Part shown: in pieces, positions 50,462 through 50,510 of the stretch
How the letters are laid out: each line of letters opens with the position of its first letter
Numbering within the stretch: the stretch's first letter is position 1
Assembly: GCA_013044165.1 (NCBI GenBank)
Contig: JABEVB010000127.1
Location: 1-50,510 of the forward strand
From: Phycisphaerales bacterium
GTDB taxonomy: Bacteria > Planctomycetota > Phycisphaerae > WQYP01
DNA length: 50,510 nt
Direction: 5' to 3'
Program-made: the position numbers and the translations under genes
The notes under the pieces: model-generated
Told to the model about the DNA's origin: nothing
Database searches by the model: none
What the model saw: the letters and a program-made list of their open reading frames with translations, nothing else

Positions 50462-50510
50462 GACTGTTCCAGAGGTTTCGACTTCAATTATTGACGTGTC
50501 AAACGCTTAG

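Overview
Mostly housekeeping chromosome from a planctomycete, probably Phycisphaerae-like. This is inferred from the groEL-groES-groEL-dnaJ-grpE order, a tail-less Hc1 protein, an oversized SecDF fusion and the style of the hypothetical proteins. The window opens with the 3' end and right inverted repeat of an IS256-family element. It then holds two tandem uncharacterised secreted GH-D-clan-like glycosidases, a Trx-NHL (NHLRC2/SOQ1-like) protein, a sugar ABC importer, and a chaperone operon with a consensus sigma54 promoter. Next come FmdB, yacG, Hc1, fabZ, a UvrC-like gene, ppiA, a Tat-exported GH31, an ion transporter, two paralogous secreted hypotheticals, pyc and tgt-yajC-secDF-lpxB. The end carries a pseudo-amidase/kinase/phosphoesterase trio, a GT2, nif3, a class IV aminotransferase and rsmA. 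The best candidate for an undescribed element is an unannotated ~240-nt structured unit at 26941-27206, with a sigma54-type promoter, several hairpins, GGA motifs, a 13/15 complement of the 16S rRNA 3' end and a terminator. A second candidate is a 6S-like fold at ~41830-42005. All calls come from reading the sequence by eye; no searches or folding programs were run.
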